A stretch of DNA of 64,000 nucleotides from an uncultured Flavobacteriaceae bacterium (GTDB lineage: Bacteria > Bacteroidota > Bacteroidia > Flavobacteriales > Flavobacteriaceae): assembly GCA_964517835.1 (NCBI GenBank), contig CAZFEV010000012.1, positions 2,896 through 66,895 of the forward strand, written 5' to 3'. Each line of letters begins with the position of its first letter. Position 1 is the first letter of the stretch. The notes under the pieces are model-generated. The model was not told the origin of the DNA. It ran no database searches and saw only the letters and a list, made by a program, of their open reading frames with translations. The position numbers and the translations under genes were made by a program. Positions 1 to 9,468 of the stretch are shown here, in pieces.

Positions 1-222
1 GATTGGAAAACCTTTATCGACATGGCAGCTACAAATCTAAAAGAAGATGTTGTAGACAAGTGTGGAGAAGACTGGTTAGAGTATATAAAGTCTATCGAAA
101 ACTTAAAAGATTTTCCTGTCAGCGTGACTAAGAACCGTGTTTTTATTAAATTTATTTTAACTGATTTTGAAGATAACATCACAGAAAAAATAATAGAATT
201 TGAAATCCCAAAAGGGTCATGA
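1..222 (+). CDS. 3' part of a hypothetical protein, truncated by the window edge
   Basis: Frame is open from base 1 (DWKTFIDMAATNLK...) to TGA at 220-222; no recognisable motif. Confidence 0.6.
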   Translation, partial: DWKTFIDMAATNLKEDVVDKCGEDWLEYIKSIENLKDFPVSVTKNRVFIKFILTDFEDNITEKIIEFEIPKGS

Positions 223-232
223 GTTATAATTG

Positions 233-305
233 TGTCACCTTGAGCGCAGTCGAAACCTATTTTGGTTGAAGGATTTGAGACCTTTCGACTGCGCTCAAGG
301 TGACA
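233..305. repeat. REP-like inverted pair (REPIN-like)
   Basis: TGTCACCTTGAGCGCAGTCGAAA (233-255) and its perfect reverse complement TTTCGACTGCGCTCAAGGTGACA (283-305), intergenic. Confidence 0.9.
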
Positions 306-318
306 ATAAAGATTTATT

Positions 319-636
319 ATGAAAACTGACTTTAAACCATATTACGCTGTAATATTCACATCAACACAAACTGAAGATATTGAAGGCTATTCTGAAATGG
401 CTGAAAAAATGGAAAATCTTGCTAAAGAACAGAAAGGCTATATTGGTATTGATAGTGCTAGAAATACTGTTGGTATTACAGTGAGTTATTGGGAAAGTTT
501 AGAAGCCATAAAAAACTGGAAAGCAAACACAGAACATTTATTCGCGCAACAAAAAGGTCGTGAGCAATGGTACAACTGGTATAACGTTCGTATTTGTAAA
601 GTAGAACACGAATACGACTTTGAAAAAGCGAATTAA
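319..636 (+). CDS. Antibiotic biosynthesis monooxygenase (ABM) family protein
   Basis: 105 aa; YYAVIFTS, GITVSYWESLEAIKNWK, H..AQ..GR..WY pattern typical of the ABM family. Confidence 0.8.
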   Translation: MKTDFKPYYAVIFTSTQTEDIEGYSEMAEKMENLAKEQKGYIGIDSARNTVGITVSYWESLEAIKNWKANTEHLFAQQKGREQWYNWYNVRICKVEHEYDFEKAN

Positions 637-637
637 T

Positions 638-796
638 TGTCATACTGAACTGTCACACTGAGCGTGGCCGCTGAGGTTACTCGAAGCGTAGTCGAAGTGT
701 TGTTTCAGTATCTCATTGCAACAAAAGATTGCTTCGCGAAGCTCGCAATGACATTCTCACTTGTCATTACGAGGAAAGAATTGACGAAGTAATCTC
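638..796. repeat. Cluster of TGTC-tagged REP-like palindromes, including a three-level nested element (638-714)
   Basis: Nested element 638-714; AGATTGCTTCGCGAAGCTCGCAATGACA at 726-753 (reverse); TGTCATTACGAGG...GACGAAGTAATCTC at 762-796. Confidence 0.85.
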
Positions 797-821
797 TCTA
801 CAATTAACACCTTTAAACAAC

Positions 822-3170
822 TTGAAACTAGTAAACTACATAAAACGCAACAAGAAAAAATCGATAGTGGTTTTATGTCTTTTGGTTGCCTATTATTTCT
901 GTTTGCCAAAACAACTGTTTAAAGACCCAACAGCAACAGTTATTACAAGTGCTTCTGATGAGTTGTTAGGTGCTTTAATTGCTGACGACGGACAATGGCG
1001 ATTTCCAGTAACAGATAGTGTTCCTAATAAATTTAAAACCTGTATTCTTCAATTTGAAGACGAGTATTTCTATAAGCATCCAGGATTTAATCCTATTTCA
1101 ATTTTCAAAGCTTTAAAACAAAATATAAGTGCAGGAAATGTAAAACGAGGTGGAAGCACCATTACACAACAAGTTATTCGCTTGTCTCGAAAAGGAAAAC
1201 CGAGAACATATGCTGAGAAACTAAAAGAAATGATTCTAGCTACTCGATTAGAATTCAGATTGTCAAAAGATAACATTCTAAACCTCTATGCGAGTCATGC
1301 GCCTTTTGGCGGCAACGTTGTTGGTATTGATGCGGCTTCTTGGCGCTATTTTAATAGAAGCGCTCATAATTTATCTTGGGCAGAAAGTGCAACACTTGCT
1401 GTTTTGCCAAATGCGCCAAGTTTAATTTATCCAGGAAAAAACCAAAAACGTCTACTTGATAAACGCAACCGATTACTCAAAAAACTATTAGAAAAAGGTA
1501 CTATAGACCAATTAACCTATGAACTTTCTATCGCTGAAGATTTACCTCAAAAACCATATCCATTACCACAAATTGCACCTCATCTGCTTCAAAAAATTGC
1601 AAAAAGTGAAAAAGGAAAATACGTAAAAACGACTTTAAATGTCAATCTTCAAGAACAATCGAATGCTATAGTTAAACAGCATTATAATCTTTTAAAACAG
1701 AATGAAATTTATAATATTTCGGTATTAGTTTTAGATGTTCATACACGAGAAGTATTGACTTATATCGGTAACTCACCAACAGATAAAGCCCATCAAAAAA
1801 GTGTAGATATTATAGACAAACCACGCAGCACAGGAAGTATTTTAAAACCTTTTTTATATGCAGCAATGCTCGATGCTGGCGACCTCTTACCTCATACTTT
1901 AGTGGCCGACGTACCTACACAATTTGGCAGCTACCAACCAGAAAATTATGATAAAACTTATGATGGTGCTGTACCTGCTAATGAAGCGCTTTCACGTTCA
2001 TTAAACGTGCCTTCTGTTAGAATGCTTCAAGAGTTTGGATTAGACCGTTTTTACCATTATTTAAAACAGTTAGAGCTAAAGGATTTAAAATATAATGCCA
2101 ATCATTATGGACTTTCACTAGTTTTAGGCGGCGCTGAAAGCAACCTTTGGGATTTGTGCAAAAGCTATGCTGCTATGGCTTCAACTTTAAATCATTTTAA
2201 TGATAATTCTAGTCAGTATTTTTCCAACGAATTCATTCAACCAATATATCATTTTAATGAAACTTTAGACTTCGGAAAACTTTCTGATGAGAAAACTATT
2301 TTTGATGCTGCTTCTATCTATCTCACTTTTGAAAGCATGAAACAGGTAAACAGACCAGAAAGTGATGAAAGTTGGGAAATCTATGATTCATCGGAAGACA
2401 TCGCTTGGAAAACCGGAACAAGTTTTGGTTTTAGAGATGCTTGGGCAATTGGCGCAACAAAAGATTATGTTGTTGGTGTTTGGGTTGGTAATGCCGATGG
2501 TGAAGGCAGACCTGGTTTGGTTGGCGTACAAACAGCTGCACCTATTTTGTTTGACATTTTTGATGTATTACCTAGAAGTGATTGGTTTGCAAAACCGTAT
2601 GACGAAATGTTAGAAGTAAATATTTGCAAAAAAAGTGGCTATAGAGCGTCTTCTATTTGTGATGATACCGAATTGAGATACATTCAAGCGAACGGACAAA
2701 AAACTGAGCCTTGTCCATATCACAAATTGGTGCATTTAGATGCTTCAGAAAGCTATCAAGTGAATTCATCTTGTGAGCCCATTTCAAACATAAAAAACAA
2801 AGCTTGGTTTATGTTACCGCCATTGCTTGCGTATTATTACAAGAACAAAAATCCTTTTTATAAAGAATTACCACCTTTTAGAAGTGATTGCGCAGAAGTA
2901 TCAGACACTCACATGGAATTTATCTATCCTAATCAGCAGAGCACTATTTTTCTGCCAAAAGATTTTGATGGTAACACCAACGAAATGATTTTAAAAGTAG
3001 CACACTCAAAACCCGAATTGAAACTCTATTGGTACCTCAATGAAAAGTTTGTCGGTACTACAAAAGACATTCACGATATGGCAATTCTACCTGAAGAAGG
3101 CGAACATACCATTACAGTTGTAGATGAATTAGGAAATGAGTTAAAACATAAAATTACAATTTCGGAGTAA
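822..3170 (+). CDS. pbpC: Penicillin-binding protein 1C
   Basis: Transglycosylase motifs (EDEYF, GGSTITQQ), transpeptidase SxxK (SILK), SLN and KTG, C-terminal PBP1C domain. The ORF-track start at 729 lies inside REP repeats, so TTG 822 is preferred. Confidence 0.92.
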   Translation: MKLVNYIKRNKKKSIVVLCLLVAYYFCLPKQLFKDPTATVITSASDELLGALIADDGQWRFPVTDSVPNKFKTCILQFEDEYFYKHPGFNPISIFKALKQNISAGNVKRGGSTITQQVIRLSRKGKPRTYAEKLKEMILATRLEFRLSKDNILNLYASHAPFGGNVVGIDAASWRYFNRSAHNLSWAESATLAVLPNAPSLIYPGKNQKRLLDKRNRLLKKLLEKGTIDQLTYELSIAEDLPQKPYPLPQIAPHLLQKIAKSEKGKYVKTTLNVNLQEQSNAIVKQHYNLLKQNEIYNISVLVLDVHTREVLTYIGNSPTDKAHQKSVDIIDKPRSTGSILKPFLYAAMLDAGDLLPHTLVADVPTQFGSYQPENYDKTYDGAVPANEALSRSLNVPSVRMLQEFGLDRFYHYLKQLELKDLKYNANHYGLSLVLGGAESNLWDLCKSYAAMASTLNHFNDNSSQYFSNEFIQPIYHFNETLDFGKLSDEKTIFDAASIYLTFESMKQVNRPESDESWEIYDSSEDIAWKTGTSFGFRDAWAIGATKDYVVGVWVGNADGEGRPGLVGVQTAAPILFDIFDVLPRSDWFAKPYDEMLEVNICKKSGYRASSICDDTELRYIQANGQKTEPCPYHKLVHLDASESYQVNSSCEPISNIKNKAWFMLPPLLAYYYKNKNPFYKELPPFRSDCAEVSDTHMEFIYPNQQSTIFLPKDFDGNTNEMILKVAHSKPELKLYWYLNEKFVGTTKDIHDMAILPEEGEHTITVVDELGNELKHKITISE

Positions 3171-3221
3171 GCATTTCATGGACAAATACCTATTTTTGTG
3201 TTCAAATTAAATGACACAAAA

Positions 3222-3647
3222 ATGAGTACAATTCAATTTATACATTCTGGTTGGGCATATATAGTGCTACTTGCGCTTGTATTAGCAACCTTTAATGCAT
3301 TATATAAATTCTTTGGAAATAAAGAGTTTGCTCCGAGCGATTTCAGAATTTCATTATTCACTTTAATTGCTATGCATACGCAGTTTTTAATCGGAATTAT
3401 TTTTTGGTTCACAAGAGGTTATTTTGCTGAGATGAGTGTTGGTGAGGTTATGAAAAGTGATTCTATGAGAAAATTAGCTGTAGAACATCCTATAACGATG
3501 TTAATTGCTGCTGTTCTTGTAACCATTGGTTACTCTAAACACAAAAAGAAATTGGTATCTAAGCCAAAGTTTAAGATGCTTAGTATTTTCTATACTATTG
3601 CATTAATATTGGTTTTATATATGATACCTTGGAAACAATGGTTCTAA
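3222..3647 (+). CDS. Conserved four-TM membrane protein
   Basis: Hydrophobic helices, HSGW, EHP and IPW motifs. ATG 3222 is preferred because a TATTTTTG -7 element (3191-3198) overlaps the GTG at 3198. Confidence 0.75.
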   Translation: MSTIQFIHSGWAYIVLLALVLATFNALYKFFGNKEFAPSDFRISLFTLIAMHTQFLIGIIFWFTRGYFAEMSVGEVMKSDSMRKLAVEHPITMLIAAVLVTIGYSKHKKKLVSKPKFKMLSIFYTIALILVLYMIPWKQWF

Positions 3648-3653
3648 AAAAGC

Positions 3654-3686
3654 AAAAGGCTCAAAATTGAATTTTGAGCCTTTTTT
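3654..3686. terminator. Bidirectional intrinsic terminator
   Basis: AAAAGGCTCAAAAT-TGA-ATTTTGAGCCTTTTTT between convergent genes. Confidence 0.85.
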
Positions 3687-3698
3687 ATGTTTTAATCA

Positions 3699-3773
3699 GT
3701 CATTCTGAACTTGTTTCAGAATCTCAAACTACCGACACTTCGAGTAACCTCAGCGCCATCACTCAGTGTGACA
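3699..3773. repeat. REP-like pair: one intact unit plus a reversed composite unit
   Basis: GTCATTCTGAACTTGTTTCAGAATCTC (3699-3725); reverse complement of 3736-3773 is TGTCACACTGAGTGATGGCGCTGAGGTTACTCGAAGTG. Confidence 0.85.
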
Positions 3774-3782
3774 ATAGTTAAA

Positions 3783-4844
3783 TTAATTATCCTTTACTTC
3801 TTTAATTAAGTAAACATACACCGGAAAGTGATCACTAAATCCACCTGTAAAAGTTCCATTACTAAAACTTCTGTGCGGATAACCTTTATATCTTCCTCTT
3901 TTATTAAACATATATGCCGGATTGTAAATACCTGCTTTCCAGAATCTAAAAGACGAATAATCATCATCAAGTAAAGGTTTTGTCATCATTATTTGATCAA
4001 ACAAACTTAAAGCATCTCTATACGCTGTTGTTCCCCAACCTTTATCTGTAAACATTCTTTCATAAGGATTATAAATTCCTTTAAAAGGTACTTTCTTTTT
4101 ATCCTTTTTGGCTTTTAAAACTTTCTTTACACTTTCATTAGTTGGATCATCATTTAAATCACCCATTGTAAAGATTTTCGCATAAGGATCTATAGATTGC
4201 AGTGAGTCTATAATGCGTTTATTCAATTTTGCAGCAGCAACACGTTTTGGTCTACTTCTCGCTTCTCCTCCTCTACGAGATGGCCAGTGATTTACAATTA
4301 AATGCACCAAATCTCCATCTAACTCACCACTAACTAACAATTGGTCTCTAGTTTTTATCTTCTTTCGAGAAACATCATCATAAATATTTAAAGTATGAGA
4401 ACTTGTATCAATAGGCTTAAATAATGCCTTTTGATATAAAAGTGCTACGTCAATTCCTCTACCATCTGGACTTTCAAAATGAATAATGCCATAATCTTTC
4501 GCTAACAACAAAGGATCATTTACAAGATCTTCTAAAACACTTCGGTTTTCAATCTCACAAACACCAATCACTGCTGGCGAGTTATTAGCTTTATCCGCAC
4601 CAATATTGGCAATAACTCTTGCCATATTCTTTACTTTCTTCTTGTAGACCTCGGCACGATTACTTTTCATTTCCATAATCGGACTTGCTTCATCATTCTT
4701 TAAAGGATCATTAATGGTATCAAATAAATTTTCTAAGTTATAAAACGCTACAGTGTGAATTTTAAATCGCTTATCTTGTTGTGCTGATAGATTTAAAGAA
4801 AACACTAAAACAATAAGAAAAATAAGGGTTTTTGATATTTTCAT
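3783..4844 (-). CDS. Secreted endonuclease/exonuclease/phosphatase (EEP) family nuclease
   Basis: Signal peptide; FYNLENLFD, GVCEIEN, NHWPSR, MGDLND and SDHFPV motifs. Confidence 0.9.
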   Translation of the reverse strand: MKISKTLIFLIVLVFSLNLSAQQDKRFKIHTVAFYNLENLFDTINDPLKNDEASPIMEMKSNRAEVYKKKVKNMARVIANIGADKANNSPAVIGVCEIENRSVLEDLVNDPLLLAKDYGIIHFESPDGRGIDVALLYQKALFKPIDTSSHTLNIYDDVSRKKIKTRDQLLVSGELDGDLVHLIVNHWPSRRGGEARSRPKRVAAAKLNKRIIDSLQSIDPYAKIFTMGDLNDDPTNESVKKVLKAKKDKKKVPFKGIYNPYERMFTDKGWGTTAYRDALSLFDQIMMTKPLLDDDYSSFRFWKAGIYNPAYMFNKRGRYKGYPHRSFSNGTFTGGFSDHFPVYVYLIKEVKDN

Positions 4845-4889
4845 TTTAGTAATATTATCTAATTGTTATATCCTAGGCAAAATGCTTGC

Positions 4890-4925
4890 CAAAAGTATGT
4901 AATAATTATAAATAACGTACATTTG
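4890..4925. promoter_or_regulatory. Divergent Bacteroidota -7 promoter elements
   Basis: TACTTTTG on the minus strand (4890-4897) towards the nuclease; TACATTTG on the plus strand (4918-4925) towards the receptor. Confidence 0.6.
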
Positions 4926-4980
4926 CACGCCTTAAATAACTTTAATTTAATCTACTAACAATAACAATCAATAATTAGGC

Positions 4981-7851
4981 ATGAAAAAATGTTTTTTACT
5001 CATTCTGTTCTCAATTGCCTTTTCTTTAGCAAGTTTTGCACAACAAACCGTTGTTAAAGGAAGTGTTTTGGACGGAACAACAGGAGAACCAATTCCTGAT
5101 GTAACAGTTACTATTGAAGCAACTGAGCAAACACAAAAAACGGATGCTAAAGGAGAATTTAGTTTTACACAAAATGTTCCTCTAGGAGACCAAGTGTTAA
5201 AGGTTGAAAAAGTAGGCTATGTTACTAAACGTTATCCTATTATCGTAAATGAAGGTCAAACTGTAGATATTACAGGTATGACATTAGATTTTGATACTAG
5301 TGATAAGAAAGATTTATTCATCATTTCTATTTCAGATGATAACTTAAATGGTGAAGATGATGGTTTAACAGATAATGTTTCTGGTCTTTTACAGGCCTCA
5401 AGAGATGTTTTCTTAAGTGCGGCAGCTTTTGATTTTAGCGCGGCCTTTTTCAGACCTCGAGGTTTAGACAATGCCAATGGTAAAGTACTCATCAATGGTA
5501 TTGAAATGAACAAACAGTTTAACGGAAGACCACAATGGGGAAATTGGGGTGGACTTAATGATGTTCAGCGTAACCAAGAGTTTACAATGGGAACTGCTGC
5601 TAATGATTACAATTTTGGTGATTTAGCAGGTACTAACAACATTATGATGCGTGCGTCGAAATACAGACGTGGAGGACGTATTTCTTATGCTTCTGCAAAT
5701 AGAAGTTACCAAGGTCGTATTATGGCAAGTTACAGTTCTGGTTTATTAGAAGGTGGCTGGTCTTACTCTATTTTAGGGTCTAGACGATTTGGTGAAGAAG
5801 GCTTTATTGATGGTACATTATATGATGCCAATTCATTTTTCGTTGCCGTTGAAAAACAAATAAACGAAAAGCACAGCCTTAACTTTACTGGAATATATGC
5901 ACAAAATAGACGTGGTCGTTCTACAGCTATTACTCAGGAAATTTTTAATCTAAAAGGTAGAGAATACAACCCATTCTGGGGAATGCAGAATGGTAAACAA
6001 CGTAATTCTAGAATTAGAGAGATTGAAGAACCAATCTTAATGTTAAATCACTACTGGGACATTTCACCTAAGGTGAGATTAAACAACAACATTTCTTACC
6101 AATTTGGTGAGGTTGGAAATACAAGAATAGACTTTTTTGGTGCGCGTGCCGATGCAGATGGAAATCTTTTTGGTGGAGCTAGAAACCCAACACCAGAATA
6201 TTGGCAAAGATTACCAAGTTTCTTCTTAGCTAGTCCTAATCCAAGTACTGATGATTTTAGTAATGCTTACTTAGCACAACAACAATTTCAACAAGATGGT
6301 CAGTTAGATTGGAATCAATTCTATGAAGCAAATGCGCTTAATGGATACAATATTTTTGCGTTACAATCTAATGTTAACCGAGATCAACAATGGACATTTA
6401 ATTCTATTATAGATGCGGAAGTTTCTGATAATATCAGAATTAATGGTAACGTTAACTTAAGATCCTTAAACAGTGAAAACTTCGCAAGAATGGAAGACCT
6501 TTTTGGAGGTCCTGGATATTTAGATGTTAACTTACCTTTCCAAGATGGTGAAGGTTTTGGACAAAGTATCGACATTTTTGCTCAAAGTAATATTAGAACG
6601 CCAAACAGAATTGTTCAAGAAGGTGATAAGTACAATTATCATTATGATATCAATGCTGAAGTCCTTTCTTCATTTGTACAAGCACAATTTAAATACAACA
6701 AGGTTGATTTTTACTTAGCAGGAACTGTATCTAACACAAGCTATCAACGTGAAGGATTTTATGAGAATGGCTATTTCCCAGATAATAGTCCTATTATCAA
6801 TTCATTTGGGAAAAGTGAAAAGATAGATTTCACTAACTATGGTGTAAAAGCAGGTGCAACGTTTAAAGTTACAGGTAAGCATTTAATTGATGTTAACGGT
6901 AGTTATTTTACAAAAGCACCTGGTATTAGACAAACATTTGCTAATGCAAGACAAAACAACTTATTGGTTACAGATCTAGAAAGTGAAACGATTTCTTCAG
7001 TAGATGCAAGTTATATCTTCAGATCACCAGTATTAAAAGCGAGATTAACAGGATATTATACTAACTTCACAAATGGTACAGAAGTGAATTTCTTCTTTAC
7101 TGAATCAGGAGGTAACTTAGTACAAGAGATGATCCAAAATATGGATAGACGTAACTTCGGTGGTGAATTAGGTATTGAAGCACAGGTAACACCAACTATT
7201 AAGTTAAAAGGTGCTGCAGCAATGGGTCAGTTTACTTTTACAAATAACCCAGACTTATATTTATCTTCCGACAGATATGCAGAGCTTACTTTTGAAGATG
7301 GTAAGACTAACTTAAAAGATTACCGCGTAGCTAGTGGTCCAGAACGTGTTTTCCAAGTTGGATTTGAATACCGTGACCCAGATTTCTGGAATATTGGAGT
7401 AACAACTAACTTTTTCTCTCATACTTATGTAGATCCTAGCGCTTTAAAGCGTTCAGGTGCGTTCACTCAAGATCCTGATGCTTTTGATTTAGATGATCAA
7501 ATCAATCACAGCTCTAATGGTATTGTAAATATTAGCGGAAATGGTTTTGAAAACTATGATGAAGACGTTGCTAGAGAAATATTAAAGCAAGAACGATTTG
7601 AAGATTATATGTTAGTTAACATCATTGGAGGAAAATCTTGGAAAGTCGGAGATTATTTTCTTGGCTTTTTCGCAACAATAAACAACGTTTTTAGCGAAGA
7701 CTATAGAACTGGTGGTTTTGAACAAGCAAGACGTTTAGATTACGGAAGTCAAGTTGAGGAAAGAACTAACGCCGGAGGACCTATTTTTGGTAACCGTTAT
7801 TTCTTTGGTAATGGTACTACATACTACCTAAACCTGTATGTAAGATTTTAA
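4981..7851 (+). CDS. TonB-dependent-receptor-like outer-membrane beta-barrel with N-terminal carboxypeptidase-regulatory-like domain
   Basis: Signal peptide, KGSVLDGTTGEPIPDVTVTI, plug-like FRPRGLD...VLINGI, amphipathic strands, terminal Phe (YYLNLYVRF). Confidence 0.85.
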   Translation: MKKCFLLILFSIAFSLASFAQQTVVKGSVLDGTTGEPIPDVTVTIEATEQTQKTDAKGEFSFTQNVPLGDQVLKVEKVGYVTKRYPIIVNEGQTVDITGMTLDFDTSDKKDLFIISISDDNLNGEDDGLTDNVSGLLQASRDVFLSAAAFDFSAAFFRPRGLDNANGKVLINGIEMNKQFNGRPQWGNWGGLNDVQRNQEFTMGTAANDYNFGDLAGTNNIMMRASKYRRGGRISYASANRSYQGRIMASYSSGLLEGGWSYSILGSRRFGEEGFIDGTLYDANSFFVAVEKQINEKHSLNFTGIYAQNRRGRSTAITQEIFNLKGREYNPFWGMQNGKQRNSRIREIEEPILMLNHYWDISPKVRLNNNISYQFGEVGNTRIDFFGARADADGNLFGGARNPTPEYWQRLPSFFLASPNPSTDDFSNAYLAQQQFQQDGQLDWNQFYEANALNGYNIFALQSNVNRDQQWTFNSIIDAEVSDNIRINGNVNLRSLNSENFARMEDLFGGPGYLDVNLPFQDGEGFGQSIDIFAQSNIRTPNRIVQEGDKYNYHYDINAEVLSSFVQAQFKYNKVDFYLAGTVSNTSYQREGFYENGYFPDNSPIINSFGKSEKIDFTNYGVKAGATFKVTGKHLIDVNGSYFTKAPGIRQTFANARQNNLLVTDLESETISSVDASYIFRSPVLKARLTGYYTNFTNGTEVNFFFTESGGNLVQEMIQNMDRRNFGGELGIEAQVTPTIKLKGAAAMGQFTFTNNPDLYLSSDRYAELTFEDGKTNLKDYRVASGPERVFQVGFEYRDPDFWNIGVTTNFFSHTYVDPSALKRSGAFTQDPDAFDLDDQINHSSNGIVNISGNGFENYDEDVAREILKQERFEDYMLVNIIGGKSWKVGDYFLGFFATINNVFSEDYRTGGFEQARRLDYGSQVEERTNAGGPIFGNRYFFGNGTTYYLNLYVRF

Positions 7852-7886
7852 AAAAAGCTATGTCAGAACAATATAATATACAAAAA

Positions 7887-9329
7887 ATGAAAACTTTAAA
7901 AATTAACAAATTAATACTATTACTGATCGGTTTAGTGGTATTTAACAGCTGTGTGGAAGATGATGATTTCAACATTCCTAACACAAATATTCAAGAGCCA
8001 GTTTTAGATGGACCGGTAATTGAGATTAGCGATGTTCTTGGAAGATTAATACAAGAGCAAGTGAGTGAAGATGATAATGACTTCCCAAACCCTAATAATG
8101 GCTTAAATTATGAATCTGAGGTTACATATCAGTATCCTGAGGATGTTATTGAATATATGGAAGGTTACGTGGTATCTACAGATGAGGCTGGTAACTTCTT
8201 TGAAGAATTAATATTACAAGATAAGCCTGAAAATCCAACTATTGGTATTAAAGTGCCTATTGATGTAAATCCACTTTTCACGAGATATGACATTGGTCGT
8301 AAAGTGTATATTAAAGTCACTGGTTTACACGTTGGTATTTCTAATGGTGTTTTAGCTATTGGTGCTAAAGATGGTAACTTTATTAGTAGAATTCCATTCC
8401 CATTAGAGTTTGACGTAATCAAACGTTCAGCAGAAAAAGCAGACTTAGTGCCTTTGACATTAGGTTTAGATGAGTTTGATGACTCTAAAACGAACTTATT
8501 CATTAATATTCCTGATGTACAATTTAACAGAACACAAGCGTTGATAGACGAATTAAGCTTTGCTTCTGAAGGTTTTGATGAATTTGATGGTGAGCGTACT
8601 TTAGAAAGCTGTACCTCTTCTGCTTCAAGTGTATTTAGCACAAGTACTTTTGCTGATTTTAGTGGTTTAAACTTGCCAACAGGTAGAGGTAATATGGACG
8701 CTATTTTAAGTAAAAACTTCTTTGGTGATGAGTTTAATGTAGTTATTAATACTCCTGAAAGTATAGACTTTGGTGGTGTTGAAACACGATGTGATCCTGA
8801 CTTCTTAGATTGTACAGGAGCTTCTGGTGGAGGTGCTGCAATATTTGAAGAAGATTTTGAAGCCTTTGGAACCTATGCATCTGAAGGTTGGGACAACATA
8901 AACATTAGTGGAACAAGTACAGATTGGTTTATTAGTAGTTTTAGTGGTAATACTTATTCTCGTATCTCTGCTTTCAACTCTGATAATAGTGAAGCCGATG
9001 TATGGTTAGTAACACCAGTGATTAATATGGATGCAACAACAGGAGAAGAATTATCTTTTGACATCCAAGCAAACTTTGATAATGGTACAAACTTATCTGT
9101 TTGGGTATCTACTGACTATGCAGGTGACCCTACAACTGCGACTTGGACAATAATAGATGCCGCTATACCTGTTGGTCCTTCAAGCACATTTGGTAGTTTT
9201 GAAACTGTAGGTCCAATCAACATTTCATGTGTTGACGGTGATGCTGTATTTGGTTTCTTCTATGAAGGTTCAGACCCAAGTGCCACAACTAGATATCACT
9301 TAGATAATGTTGTAGTTACTGGTAACTAA
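7887..9329 (+). CDS. DUF5689-type surface lipoprotein with C-terminal beta-sandwich domain
   Basis: Lipobox VFNSC followed by acidic VEDDD; EGYVVSTDEAGNFFEELILQD motif; ATG 7887 preferred over 7860. Confidence 0.75.
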   Translation: MKTLKINKLILLLIGLVVFNSCVEDDDFNIPNTNIQEPVLDGPVIEISDVLGRLIQEQVSEDDNDFPNPNNGLNYESEVTYQYPEDVIEYMEGYVVSTDEAGNFFEELILQDKPENPTIGIKVPIDVNPLFTRYDIGRKVYIKVTGLHVGISNGVLAIGAKDGNFISRIPFPLEFDVIKRSAEKADLVPLTLGLDEFDDSKTNLFINIPDVQFNRTQALIDELSFASEGFDEFDGERTLESCTSSASSVFSTSTFADFSGLNLPTGRGNMDAILSKNFFGDEFNVVINTPESIDFGGVETRCDPDFLDCTGASGGGAAIFEEDFEAFGTYASEGWDNINISGTSTDWFISSFSGNTYSRISAFNSDNSEADVWLVTPVINMDATTGEELSFDIQANFDNGTNLSVWVSTDYAGDPTTATWTIIDAAIPVGPSSTFGSFETVGPINISCVDGDAVFGFFYEGSDPSATTRYHLDNVVVTGN

Positions 9330-9344
9330 TCACTATTTAATATT

Positions 9345-9383
9345 AAAAAAAGCCACATCTTTGTATAAAGTATGTGGCTTTTT
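9345..9383 (+). terminator. Intrinsic terminator
   Basis: AAAAAAGCCACAT...ATGTGGCTTTTT. Confidence 0.75.
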
Positions 9384-9468
9384 ATTTTCAATAATCTTTC
9401 ATCTTCATAAAAAATTCTCGTAGAATTTCGTTCGAAGTGACATATATAAATGTACTTTTTACCAGATT

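Noticed and set aside
233-796. CRISPR array interpretation of the clustered palindromes
   Set aside because: Units are inverted and heterogeneous, spacing is irregular, and no cas genes are present
729-821. N-terminal extension of PbpC (MLREARNDILTCHYEERIDEVIS)
   Set aside because: It is a translation of REP-like palindromes; the plausible start is TTG 822
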